The notes under the pieces are model-generated. The model was not told where the DNA came from and ran no database searches. It saw only the letters and a program-made list of their open reading frames with translations. Both the position numbers and the translations under genes were made by a program. From Candidatus Sericytochromatia bacterium (GTDB lineage: Bacteria; Cyanobacteriota; Sericytochromatia; S15B-MN24; UBA4093), in NCBI GenBank assembly GCA_036676495.1, contig JAKFCT010000007.1, positions 1 through 49,562 of the forward strand: 49,562 nucleotides of DNA, written 5' to 3'. Within the stretch, counting starts at the first letter, position 1. Each line of letters opens with the position of its first letter. Positions 28,448 to 37,262 of this stretch are shown piece after piece.

Positions 28448-29872
28448 ATGCGTCGCGGATTGCTCTTGTCGATTGCCGCCGCCATGCTGCTGAGCGGCTG
28501 TGGCACGGGCTTCTTTCAGCCTCCCCTGGGCGAGCCGCGCTCCGAACTGCGGGTCGAGGCCGGGGCCGCCCAATGGACTCCCCTGGCCCTTCCGGATCTC
28601 GCGGCCTTTCCGGTCGATCCTCCCCCCGCTCCGGGCTCGACCCGGTTCCGGGAGGAGCTCGACGAGCTCGTCATCCTGCAAGCCCAGCGGACTGAGGCGG
28701 ATCAGGCGGAAATCGCGACTTGGAACGCGCTTGCCGCGCCCCTTCCGTGGAGCGCGCTGACCGATAAGATGCTGATCGAGGCCGGGACGGCCCCTCCGCG
28801 CGCCGCCCGCGCGCTCGCCATCGTGCATGCCGCCATGTTCGACGCGACCGTCGCGGCCTGGAAGGCCAAGGGCCGCTACGCGCGCGCCCTTCCCAAGGCC
28901 TATGAGGCCCGCCTCGTTCCGCTGGCCGGTGACGAGGGCATCCCCAGCTATCCCTCCGAGCATGCGGCCGTTGCGGGAGCCGCCGCTGCCGCCCTCGCGG
29001 GGCTCTTTCCGGAGCAGGCCGAGGAGCTGAGGCAGAAGGCCCGCACGGCCGCCGAGTCCCGCCTCAAGGCCGGCGCCAACGTCCGCAGCGACATCGAGGC
29101 GGGCCTGAAGCTGGGAGAGGCCGTGGCCCGCCAGATCCTCGCGCAGGTGGCGACGGACGGCTCCGAGCAGCCGCGGACCGGTAGCTTACCGGCCACTGCC
29201 GAGCAATGGGGCCATGCGAAGGCCATGGAGCCGCATGCCGGCTCATGGAAGACCTGGCTTCTCGACTCGGGAAGCCAGTTTCGCCTCGGCGCTCCCGCGA
29301 GCGCCGGCAGCGCCGCGCTGCAAGCCGAGCTCGCCGAGGTCCAGCGCGAGGTCGCGAGCCTTTCTCAGTATCCCTGGAAGCTCGAGCAGGCGCGCTACTG
29401 GAACTTCGACGTCCCCGCCATCATCTGGAGCAAGCGCGCCCAGAAGCTCAGCAAGCTCTATCGCCTGAGCACCCCGCAGACGGCGCGGGTTCTCGCCGTC
29501 TTGGCCGCCATCGAGGCCGACACCTTCATCGCCTGCTGGGATTCCAAGTACGTGATCCGGCGTCCCCGCCCCTCCGACCTCGATGCCTCGCTGCCGCTGG
29601 GAACGGCAGACCGTCCCGCCATGCCCTTCCCCACGCCGCCGCATCCGTCCTATCCCTCGGGTCATTCGGCCGCTTCCATGGCCGCGGCCACCTACTTGCA
29701 GCATGTCTTCCCGGAGGAGGCCATGGACCTGGCGGATGATGCCAACCAGGCTGCCATGAGCCGCCTCTACGCGGGCATCCATTTCCGCAGCGACAACGCC
29801 GACGGCATGACGCTCGGCAAGCGGTGCGCGGAGTTCATGATCGGCAAGCTGAAAGCCCGTGGCACGCTCTAG
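28448..29872 (+). CDS. PAP2/vanadium-dependent haloperoxidase-like lipoprotein with two tandem PAP2 repeats
   Basis: Lipobox LSGC; C-repeat has K-x6-RP, PSYPSGHS and SRLYAGIHFRSD; N-repeat is degenerate (PSEH, SRLKAGANVRSD). Confidence 0.85.
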   Translation: MRRGLLLSIAAAMLLSGCGTGFFQPPLGEPRSELRVEAGAAQWTPLALPDLAAFPVDPPPAPGSTRFREELDELVILQAQRTEADQAEIATWNALAAPLPWSALTDKMLIEAGTAPPRAARALAIVHAAMFDATVAAWKAKGRYARALPKAYEARLVPLAGDEGIPSYPSEHAAVAGAAAAALAGLFPEQAEELRQKARTAAESRLKAGANVRSDIEAGLKLGEAVARQILAQVATDGSEQPRTGSLPATAEQWGHAKAMEPHAGSWKTWLLDSGSQFRLGAPASAGSAALQAELAEVQREVASLSQYPWKLEQARYWNFDVPAIIWSKRAQKLSKLYRLSTPQTARVLAVLAAIEADTFIACWDSKYVIRRPRPSDLDASLPLGTADRPAMPFPTPPHPSYPSGHSAASMAAATYLQHVFPEEAMDLADDANQAAMSRLYAGIHFRSDNADGMTLGKRCAEFMIGKLKARGTL

Positions 29873-30518
29873 GCGCGTCGGGGCGATCGCCATGGCGGCG
29901 GCGATCGCCCTTGCGGGCTGCCACGCCCCACCACAGACCTCGGATCCCGTGCCCTCGCCGACTCCCCGGCCGACTCCCGACGCCTGGCAAGCCGTCAATC
30001 CCGACGGCCCCGACCAGGTCGTCCTGGGCCGCGTGCTCTTCTGGGAGGACTTCGAGACGGATCTCTCGCGCTGGACGATCGACGGCTCAGCCGGCGGGGC
30101 GCGCTGGCTGCGCCTGGAGGGAAACTTCTGCGGCGGGGCCTTCACCATGCTCTTCGGCTTGCCCGAGCGCGCGGAGTTCGCGACCGGCTCGGGGCAGTCC
30201 ACGCTGACCCTCGCGGATCCGATCGATCTTTCGGAGGCGCGCCGCCCGCAGTTGAAGTACGACGTGAGGGGGATCAGCTACCCGCAGGACGGGGTCATGG
30301 TGCAGCCGGAGGCGCGCCGGCCCGGGGGCGATTGGGATCCCGTGGGGCCGGTCACCGTCTCGCGTTACCCCTCCGACATGGGCTACCGCGCCGCGGATCT
30401 CAGTTCCTACGCAGGCGGGGAGGTGGAGATTCGCTTCAAGGCTTACCTCTCCCCGCTGGAGCGCCCGACCCGCGGCATGATGCTCGACGACGTGAAGATC
30501 CTGGAGCCAGCGAGCTAG
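29859..30518 (+). CDS. Hypothetical lipoprotein with a beta-sandwich (MAM/cleaved-adhesin-like) domain
   Basis: Lipobox LAGC, Pro/Thr linker, LFWEDFE..W, IDLS, DLSSYAG..VEIRF, G..LDDVKI. Confidence 0.7.
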   Translation: MARSRRVGAIAMAAAIALAGCHAPPQTSDPVPSPTPRPTPDAWQAVNPDGPDQVVLGRVLFWEDFETDLSRWTIDGSAGGARWLRLEGNFCGGAFTMLFGLPERAEFATGSGQSTLTLADPIDLSEARRPQLKYDVRGISYPQDGVMVQPEARRPGGDWDPVGPVTVSRYPSDMGYRAADLSSYAGGEVEIRFKAYLSPLERPTRGMMLDDVKILEPAS

Positions 30519-31163
30519 CTACCAGCGGTAGCCGACGATGAAGCCGTTGAAATCCCGGACGGCCGAGCCGAAGCTGGTCGCGCCGCTGCCGAGGCCCTGG
30601 GGAATGGCCCAGGATTCGAGGCCGAGCACGAGCACGCCGTTGGTGGGAAGCCGGAAGGTGAGGCCTGCCCCGTAGGAGCGAAGGGCGGTTCCCACCGGCG
30701 AGAAGCTGTTTCCTTGGGCGGCGGCCAGCAGCAGCTGGTGGTGGAAGCCGAACGCGTAGAGGCCGAAGGGAGCCAGGGGACTGTCGTACCCGGCGATCGC
30801 GCTGAAGGGCAGCACGGCGCTGAGGCCGAGTTCGATGCCCCCGGTGTGATCCAGCGCGGACTCCCCGTAGAAGGCCCAGAGGTGGCGGTAACCCAGGAGC
30901 CCGTTCAGGGAGAGGGGGCTGTCGAGGAGCGGTGCGGGCAGGCGCAGGGCGGCTTGAAGGAGTTGCATCTGACCGCTTCCGGGGCGATCGAGCACCGGAG
31001 CGTAGTCGATCTGAAGCACGCCTGACGGAATGCCGGCCTGGAGATTGCCGGACGAACCAGGGATGGGCTGGTAGTAGAGCCCGCTCTCGGGGACGGCCTC
31101 GGCCGGAGCGATCCGGAGCAGCGAGGTCGCGAGGAGGGCGAGCATCAGGCCAAGTCGGCGCAT
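30519..31163 (-). CDS. Hypothetical outer-membrane beta-barrel protein
   Basis: Signal peptide (AEA), alternating beta-strands, C-terminal GYRW; RBS GAAAGGA. Confidence 0.65.
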   Translation of the reverse strand: MRRLGLMLALLATSLLRIAPAEAVPESGLYYQPIPGSSGNLQAGIPSGVLQIDYAPVLDRPGSGQMQLLQAALRLPAPLLDSPLSLNGLLGYRHLWAFYGESALDHTGGIELGLSAVLPFSAIAGYDSPLAPFGLYAFGFHHQLLLAAAQGNSFSPVGTALRSYGAGLTFRLPTNGVLVLGLESWAIPQGLGSGATSFGSAVRDFNGFIVGYRW

Positions 31164-31303
31164 GCGGACGTCCTTTCGGTGATCGGCTCACGGGGGACGG
31201 GGGCGCGGGCTCCAGGATGCCATGAGAGGGGGCGCGCGGGAGTCGCCGGGATCGCGTTGCGGCTGTGACCTGCCTTACGGCTGCTTGCTCGGCAACACGG
31301 CGA

Positions 31304-31336
31304 AGGGCCCGCCGGAGTCTGACTCCGGCGGGCCCT
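31304..31336 (-). terminator. acnB terminator hairpin
   Basis: AGGGCCCGCCGGAGTC-T-GACTCCGGCGGGCCCT just past the acnB stop. Confidence 0.65.
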
Positions 31337-31351
31337 CGACCGTGGGATGGG

Positions 31352-33946
31352 TTAGACCGAGACGGTCTCGGCCACGTCCCGGAACTCCGGAATCTGATCG
31401 AAGTTCATGTAGCGGTAGATCTCGGAGGCCTTGGCGTTGACGGCCTGGACCTTGTCGAGGTACTCGCTCGGGGTGGGGATCTTGCCCATCAGGGCGCAGA
31501 CGGCCGCGAGCTCCGCCGAGCCGAGGTAGACCCGGGTCTCGATCCCGAGACGGTTCGGGAAGTTGCGGGTCGAGGTCGACATGGCGGTGCTGCCCCGCTT
31601 GATCTGCGCCTGGTTGCCCATGCACAGCGAGCAGCCGGGCATCTCCATGCGGGCGCCGGACTTACCGAGGACGGAGTAGTAGCCTTCCTCGTTGAGGATC
31701 ATGGCGTCCATCTTGGTGGGGGGCGCGATCCAGAGGCGGGTGGGGATGTCGGACTTGCCGTCGAGGACCTTGCCGGCGGCGCGGAAGTGACCGATGTTGG
31801 TCATGCACGAGCCGATGAAGACCTCGTCGATCGTGTCGCCCGCGACGTCCGACAGCAGCTTGACGTCGTCCGGATCGTTGGGGCAGGCGACGATGGGCTC
31901 GGTGATCTCGTTCATGTCGATCTCGATCACGGCGGCGTACTCGGCGTTCTTGTCGGCGCGCAGGAGCTTGGGATCGGCGATCCAGTCCTCCATGGCCTTG
32001 ATGCGGCGGCGCAGGGTGCGCTCCTCTTCGTAGCCGTTGGCGATCATCCACTTCATGAGGGTGATGTTCGAGCGCATGTACTCGATGATGGGCTCGGGGT
32101 TGAGGTCGACCACGCAGGCGGCGGCGGAGCGCTCGGCCGAGGCGTCGGTGAGCTCGAAGGCCTGCTCCACCTTGAGGTCGGGGAGTCCCTCGATCTCGAG
32201 GATGCGGCCCGAGAAGATGTTGAGCTTGCCCTTCTTCTCGACGGTCAGGAGGCCCTGCTTGATGGCGTAGAAGGGGATGGCGTTGACCAGATCCCGCAGG
32301 GTGACGCCGGGCTGCAGCTTGCCCTTGAAGCGGACGAGCACGGACTCGGGCATGTCGAGCGGCATGACGCCGGTGGCGGCGGCGAAGGCGACGAGGCCCG
32401 AGCCGGCCGGGAAGGAGATGCCGATGGGGAAGCGGGTGTGCGAGTCGCCGCCGGTGCCCACGGTGTCAGGCAGCAGCAGGCGGTTCAGCCACGAATGGAT
32501 GACGCCGTCGCCGGGCCGCAGCGAGACGCCGCCGCGGGTGGTGATGAAGTCGGGCAGCTCGCGGTGCATCTTCACGTCCACCAGCTTGGGGTAAGCCGCG
32601 GTGTGGCAGAAGGACTGCATGACCATGTCGGCGGAGAAGCCGAGGCAGGCCAGATCCTTGAGCTCGTCGCGGGTCATGGGGCCGGTGGTGTCCTGCGAGC
32701 CGACGGTGGTCATCTTGGGCTCGCAGTAGGTGCCGGGGCGGACGCCCTGGCCCTCGGGAAGACCGACGGCGCGGCCGACCATCTTCTGCGCCAGGGTGTA
32801 GCCCTTGCCGGAATCCGAGGGGATCTGCGGCAGGCGGAAGAGGGTGGAGGGCGCCAGGCCAAGCGCCTCGCGGGCCTTGGCGGTGAGGCCGCGGCCGATG
32901 ATCAGCGAGATGCGGCCGCCGGCGCGAACCTCGTCGAGGATCACGGGCGTCTTGAGCTGGGACTCGGCAATGACTTTGCCGTTCTTAAGGGCGGTGACCT
33001 TGGCGGTCGCGTGATCGACGCGCAGCTCGATCGATTCGCCCATGTCCATCTGCGAGACGTCGAGCTCGATGGGCAGTGCGCCGGCATCTTCCATGGTGTT
33101 GAAGAAGATGGGAGCGATCTTGCCGCCGAGGCAGACGCCGCCGAAGCGCTTGTTGGGCACGAAGGGGACGTCCTCGCCGGTGAACCAAAGCACCGAGTTG
33201 GTGGCGGACTTGCGGCTGCTGCCGGTGCCGACCACGTCGCCGACGTAGGCCACGAGGTGGCCCTTGGCCTTCAGGTCTTCGAGGAACTTGACGGGGCCGC
33301 GGACGCCAGCCTCTTCGGGCTCGATGCCCGGCCGGGGGTTCTTGAGCATGGCCAGCGCGTGCAGCGGGATGTCAGGGCGCGACCAGGCATCAGGAGCGGG
33401 CGAGAGGTCGTCGGTGTTGGTCTCGCCGGTGACCTTGAAGACGGTCAGGACCTGCGACGCGGGGACCTCGGGGCGCGAGGTGAACCACTCGGCGTCGGCC
33501 CAGGACTGCATCACGGCCTTGGCATGGGGGTTGCCCTTGTCGGCCAGCTCCTTGACGTCGTGGAAGTAGTCGAAGACCAGCAGGGTCTTCTTCAGGGCTT
33601 CCGCGGCGGTTTCGCCGTGGGGGCCTTCGAGGGCCTCGATCAGCGGTACGACGTTGAAGCCGCCCAGCATGGTGCCCAGCAGCTCGATGGCCTTCTCGCG
33701 GGAGATCAGCTTGCAGGTGACGTCGCCGGCGGCAAGGGCGGCCAGGAAGGAGGCCTTGACCTTGGCGGCATCGTCGACACCCGCGGGAACGCGGTAGGTC
33801 AGAAGCTCGACGAGGAAGTTCTCCTCGCCGGCGGGCGGATTCTGGAGCAGCTCGACCAGCGCGCTGGTCTGCTGAGCGGTCAGGGGCAGCGGGGGAATTC
33901 CCAGTGCGGCACGTTCGGCGACGTGCTGACGGTAAGCTTCGAGCAT
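31352..33946 (-). CDS. acnB: Aconitate hydratase B / 2-methylisocitrate dehydratase
   Basis: [69 protein letters not shown]. Confidence 0.97.
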   Translation of the reverse strand: MLEAYRQHVAERAALGIPPLPLTAQQTSALVELLQNPPAGEENFLVELLTYRVPAGVDDAAKVKASFLAALAAGDVTCKLISREKAIELLGTMLGGFNVVPLIEALEGPHGETAAEALKKTLLVFDYFHDVKELADKGNPHAKAVMQSWADAEWFTSRPEVPASQVLTVFKVTGETNTDDLSPAPDAWSRPDIPLHALAMLKNPRPGIEPEEAGVRGPVKFLEDLKAKGHLVAYVGDVVGTGSSRKSATNSVLWFTGEDVPFVPNKRFGGVCLGGKIAPIFFNTMEDAGALPIELDVSQMDMGESIELRVDHATAKVTALKNGKVIAESQLKTPVILDEVRAGGRISLIIGRGLTAKAREALGLAPSTLFRLPQIPSDSGKGYTLAQKMVGRAVGLPEGQGVRPGTYCEPKMTTVGSQDTTGPMTRDELKDLACLGFSADMVMQSFCHTAAYPKLVDVKMHRELPDFITTRGGVSLRPGDGVIHSWLNRLLLPDTVGTGGDSHTRFPIGISFPAGSGLVAFAAATGVMPLDMPESVLVRFKGKLQPGVTLRDLVNAIPFYAIKQGLLTVEKKGKLNIFSGRILEIEGLPDLKVEQAFELTDASAERSAAACVVDLNPEPIIEYMRSNITLMKWMIANGYEEERTLRRRIKAMEDWIADPKLLRADKNAEYAAVIEIDMNEITEPIVACPNDPDDVKLLSDVAGDTIDEVFIGSCMTNIGHFRAAGKVLDGKSDIPTRLWIAPPTKMDAMILNEEGYYSVLGKSGARMEMPGCSLCMGNQAQIKRGSTAMSTSTRNFPNRLGIETRVYLGSAELAAVCALMGKIPTPSEYLDKVQAVNAKASEIYRYMNFDQIPEFRDVAETVSV

Positions 33947-34118
33947 GTAGCGTCCTCTCGACGTTTTGGGGTTGAGACGAGGTTGGTGACTTCCTCTCCG
34001 ACGCGGGAGACGGGTCACGTCTTCTCTATTATAGGCCTTTTCACCGTCTTCCGCGCGCTCTCCCCCTCTTTCGCTCGGGGAGGCTCTTCCCGTATCATGG
34101 GTCAGAGCCGTCATTTTT

Positions 34119-34154
34119 AGCCTTCAGGCCGCAATGGTGAGCCTTCAGGCCGCA
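34119..34154. repeat. 15-bp direct repeat with 21-bp period upstream of nagA
   Basis: AGCCTTCAGGCCGCA at 34119-34133 and 34140-34154. Confidence 0.75.
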
Positions 34155-34193
34155 GGTGCCAGCAGCGCCCCGTCTTCACGAAAGGATCCCAGG

Positions 34194-35357
34194 TTGAACC
34201 CGACGCTCCTCAAGCACGGTAAGGTCGTCACGCCGACCGGCATCATGGAGGCCGACCTCCTGATGCGTGACGGTCGGATCGCGGCCATCGGCCAGGAACT
34301 GGCCGCGCCGGCCGGGACCGAGACGTTCGACGCGCGCGGGAACTGGGTGCTGCCGGGCTTCATCGACACCCACGTGCACGGCGGGCTCGACGCCGACACC
34401 ATGCAAGCGACCCTGGAAGCCTTCGACACCCTCTCGCGCCACCTCGCGCGCCACGGGGTGACCTCCTGGGTCCCCACCCTCTTCGCCTGCACCGCCGAAC
34501 AGCTCGAGGACGTCCTGATCGCCATCCGCGCCGCCATGCGCGCTCCCCTCGGAGGCGCCAGCATCCTGGGCGCTCACCTCGAGAGCAGCTTCATCGCCCC
34601 CAGGTTCAAAGGGGCGCAACCTCCCGAGGCCCTGCGCCCGGTCGCGGACCCGGCGCTGCGGGACGTGATCCGCCGGCATGCCGAGGTCATCCGGATCGTC
34701 ACCCTGGCGCCCGAACTCGAGGGCGCCGCGGAGCTGATCGCGGAGCTGATCGGGCACGGCATCCGGGTCTCCATCGGCCACACGGACGCCACGTACGAGC
34801 AGGCCGTCGCGGGCGCCGCGGCCGGCGCCACCCGGGTGACGCATCTCTGCAACGCGATGCGCCCCTTCCATCACCGCGAGCCCGGCACGTTGGGCGCGGC
34901 CCTGGTGGCTGACGGCCTGGACGCCGAGCTGATCGCGGATCTGGTGCACGTTCACCCGGCGGGAATCCAGGTGGCCTACCGCTGCAAGGGAGCCGACCGG
35001 CTCATGCTGGTCTCCGACGCCCTGATGGGAGCCGGTCTGCCTCCGGGGACTCATACGCTGGGCGGCCGCGAGATTCACATCGGCCCCGACGTCGCCAAGC
35101 TGCCGGATGGGACCATCGCGGGGTCGATCATCACGCTGGATCGGGCGCTGCGCAACGTGGTCGAAGTGGCGGGCATCCCGCTCGTGGATGCCGCGAGGAT
35201 GGCCTCCACGACGCCGGCGCGCAGCCTGGGGCTGGCCGATCGCGGCGCGCTCGAGGTCGGGATGCGGGCGGACGTGGCGTTGCTGGATGCCGCCTTCCAT
35301 TGTCAGGGCACCTGGGTCGCCGGGGAGCGTGTCTTCGCGCCCGGCGCGGATACCTAG
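34194..35357 (+). CDS. nagA: N-acetylglucosamine-6-phosphate deacetylase
   Basis: PGFIDTHVHG, HLE, KGAQ, TLAPE, IGHT, THLCNAM, DLVHVHP, VSDA, IAGS; TTG start with AAAGGA. Confidence 0.92.
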   Translation: MNPTLLKHGKVVTPTGIMEADLLMRDGRIAAIGQELAAPAGTETFDARGNWVLPGFIDTHVHGGLDADTMQATLEAFDTLSRHLARHGVTSWVPTLFACTAEQLEDVLIAIRAAMRAPLGGASILGAHLESSFIAPRFKGAQPPEALRPVADPALRDVIRRHAEVIRIVTLAPELEGAAELIAELIGHGIRVSIGHTDATYEQAVAGAAAGATRVTHLCNAMRPFHHREPGTLGAALVADGLDAELIADLVHVHPAGIQVAYRCKGADRLMLVSDALMGAGLPPGTHTLGGREIHIGPDVAKLPDGTIAGSIITLDRALRNVVEVAGIPLVDAARMASTTPARSLGLADRGALEVGMRADVALLDAAFHCQGTWVAGERVFAPGADT

Positions 35358-35378
35358 GCCGAAAGAGAGGACGCGTCG

Positions 35379-35804
35379 ATGCCGGACCTGCAGGTCGCCC
35401 CAGGAATCGTGATCCCGGAAGCGGCGATCGCCTTCAGCGCCACCCGCTCCTCGGGGCCCGGAGGCCAGAATGTCAACAAGGTCTCCAGCAAGGTCGAGCT
35501 GCGGGTGGAAGTCGCCCAGATTCGCGGCCTCAGCCCCGAGGCCCAGGAGCGCCTGCGGCTCGTCGCGGGCAAGCGCTGGATCGAGGGCGGCTTCCTGCTG
35601 GTCACGGCCTCCGAGACCCGCAACCAGCCCGATAACCGCTTGCTCGCCGAGGAGAAGCTGGTCGCCCTGGTCAAGCAGGCGCTCTTCGTTCCCAAGAAGC
35701 GCAAGGCCACCAAGCCGACCAAGGGCTCCCAGGAGCGCCGGGTGGCCAGCAAGAAGGCCCGCTCAGAGACCAAGAAGGGCCGCTCGTTTCGCGGGGACGA
35801 CTGA
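35379..35804 (+). CDS. arfB: Alternative ribosome-rescue peptidyl-tRNA hydrolase ArfB
   Basis: RSSGPGGQNVNKV and basic tail PKKRKATKPTKGSQERR..KK..K. Confidence 0.95.
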   Translation: MPDLQVAPGIVIPEAAIAFSATRSSGPGGQNVNKVSSKVELRVEVAQIRGLSPEAQERLRLVAGKRWIEGGFLLVTASETRNQPDNRLLAEEKLVALVKQALFVPKKRKATKPTKGSQERRVASKKARSETKKGRSFRGDD

Positions 35805-35807
35805 GCC

Positions 35808-35834
35808 TCAAGCTCGCTTGCTTCGGGCCGATAC
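35808..35834 (+). promoter_or_regulatory. Sigma28 (FliA)-type promoter
   Basis: TCAAG-N14-GCCGATAC, about 30 bp upstream of the ATG at 35864. Confidence 0.7.
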
Positions 35835-35863
35835 TCAAGGAAGAATGCTTGAGGAGGGCCACC

Positions 35864-36511
35864 ATGCCGATCACGTCACAGACCCGCGTTGCCACTTACC
35901 CCGTCCTCTCCGCGGCTCAGCCCGCTCCGGCTTCCCAGCCGCCGGCCGCCGCGAGCGCGGCGACCTTCGCTCAGGCCCTGGCCCAGGCGAGCGCTAACGC
36001 CTCCGAGCCCGCCGCGACCCCGACGCCGATCGCGCGCAAGCTGGCCGGCTCGCTCTTCGGGGATGCCGCGGCGGACGGCATCATCACCGGCGACGAGATG
36101 CGCGCGGCGCGAGACGAGGCGAAAGCCGCGTACCAGCGGCGCTTCGGCGCGGCGATCGCCGCCCAGGCCATCGACACCTCCGTGCCCTTGAAACTGCAAT
36201 CCGATGCCTTGGGGCGGGTCGTCGTGGTCGGGGACCATCCCGACAAGGCCCGGATCGAGCAGCTCTTCGCGGAAGACGGGGAGCTGAACAACGCCTTCAA
36301 GAAGGCGTCCTCCCTGGCTCGCATGGTGGCCGCGTTCGAGGAGGTGCTTCCCTTCCACGAGGCCTACGCCAAGGATCCCAAGGCCGCGGTCGCGCAGTAC
36401 GCTTACCTCTTCAACAGCTCGTCCCAGATCACCACGGAGCATCGCTGGGGACCCGACGGCCTGGACGTCCTTTTCAACTCGGAGCGCGTCTGGCGCTCGG
36501 CATGGGGCTAG
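35864..36511 (+). CDS. Hypothetical protein (215 aa) with disordered N-terminus, probably in the sigma28 regulon
   Basis: RBS GAGGAGG; Ala/Pro-rich N-terminus with TFAQAL; no Sec signal. Confidence 0.72.
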   Translation: MPITSQTRVATYPVLSAAQPAPASQPPAAASAATFAQALAQASANASEPAATPTPIARKLAGSLFGDAAADGIITGDEMRAARDEAKAAYQRRFGAAIAAQAIDTSVPLKLQSDALGRVVVVGDHPDKARIEQLFAEDGELNNAFKKASSLARMVAAFEEVLPFHEAYAKDPKAAVAQYAYLFNSSSQITTEHRWGPDGLDVLFNSERVWRSAWG

Positions 36512-36527
36512 GCGAAAAGCCCGGGAA

Positions 36528-36556
36528 TTGACATCTGTTCTACGTAGAACTAATAT
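36528..36556 (+). promoter_or_regulatory. Sigma70 promoter with a palindromic operator in the spacer
   Basis: TTGACA-N17-TAATAT; perfect palindrome GTTCTACGTAGAAC at 36537-36550. Confidence 0.75.
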
Positions 36557-36589
36557 CGAGGAGCGCGTCCCCTTGATATGGAGGTTCTC

Positions 36590-37234
36590 ATGAAGCCGGT
36601 CATCCACGGTCTTCCGACCAACGTCGTCGCCCTCGAAGGCGATCCCTCGGCTCCTTTGGTCGTGGGGATGCACGGCATCGGCTCCAACGAGGACGACCTT
36701 CCCGGCGCCTTCACCTGGCTCGAAGGCCGCGCGGCGCTCGCCTTCCCGCGCAGCCCGCTATCCCATCCACCCGGTTACGCTTGGTACCGGCTGGTTCGAA
36801 TCGGCGTTCCCGACCCCGCGTCCTTCGAGCAAGCGCTCGAGTCTCTGGATGCCTTCATCGATGACCTCCGGAAGGTCGAGGACTTCGCCTCCCGGCCCCT
36901 GATCCTGACGGGCTTCAGCCAGGGAGCCATCATGTCCCTCTCCTACGCCCTGCGCCACCCGGAGAAGGTCGCGGGCGTCATGGCCTTCAGCGGCTACGTT
37001 CCCGATTTCGTCGTGAACGAGCTCCCCGCTCCTACCCCGAACGCTCCTCAGCCCCGGGTCTTCCTCACGCTGGGCCGCCGGGACTCCTTGTTCCCCTTCT
37101 CGCGCCTTGAAGAGGCGGCTAACGTGCTGTCTGCCCGGGGAATTCAGCCTGAGCTCTTCGCGCATGACGGCGGCCACGAGATCCCCCGCGAGGCGATCGC
37201 CGCCGCGAAGGCCTGGTACGACCGCGCCTTCTAG
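36590..37234 (+). CDS. Phospholipase/carboxylesterase (YpfH/MhqD-like alpha/beta hydrolase)
   Basis: HGIGSNE, GYAWY, GFSQGA, GRRD, GGHEI; RBS GGAGG. Confidence 0.88.
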   Translation: MKPVIHGLPTNVVALEGDPSAPLVVGMHGIGSNEDDLPGAFTWLEGRAALAFPRSPLSHPPGYAWYRLVRIGVPDPASFEQALESLDAFIDDLRKVEDFASRPLILTGFSQGAIMSLSYALRHPEKVAGVMAFSGYVPDFVVNELPAPTPNAPQPRVFLTLGRRDSLFPFSRLEEAANVLSARGIQPELFAHDGGHEIPREAIAAAKAWYDRAF

Positions 37235-37262
37235 TGCCCGCGGCCGTTTCGTCAGGAGCCGG

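Noticed and set aside
31265-34120. 951-aa plus-strand ORF
   Set aside because: Antisense shadow of acnB
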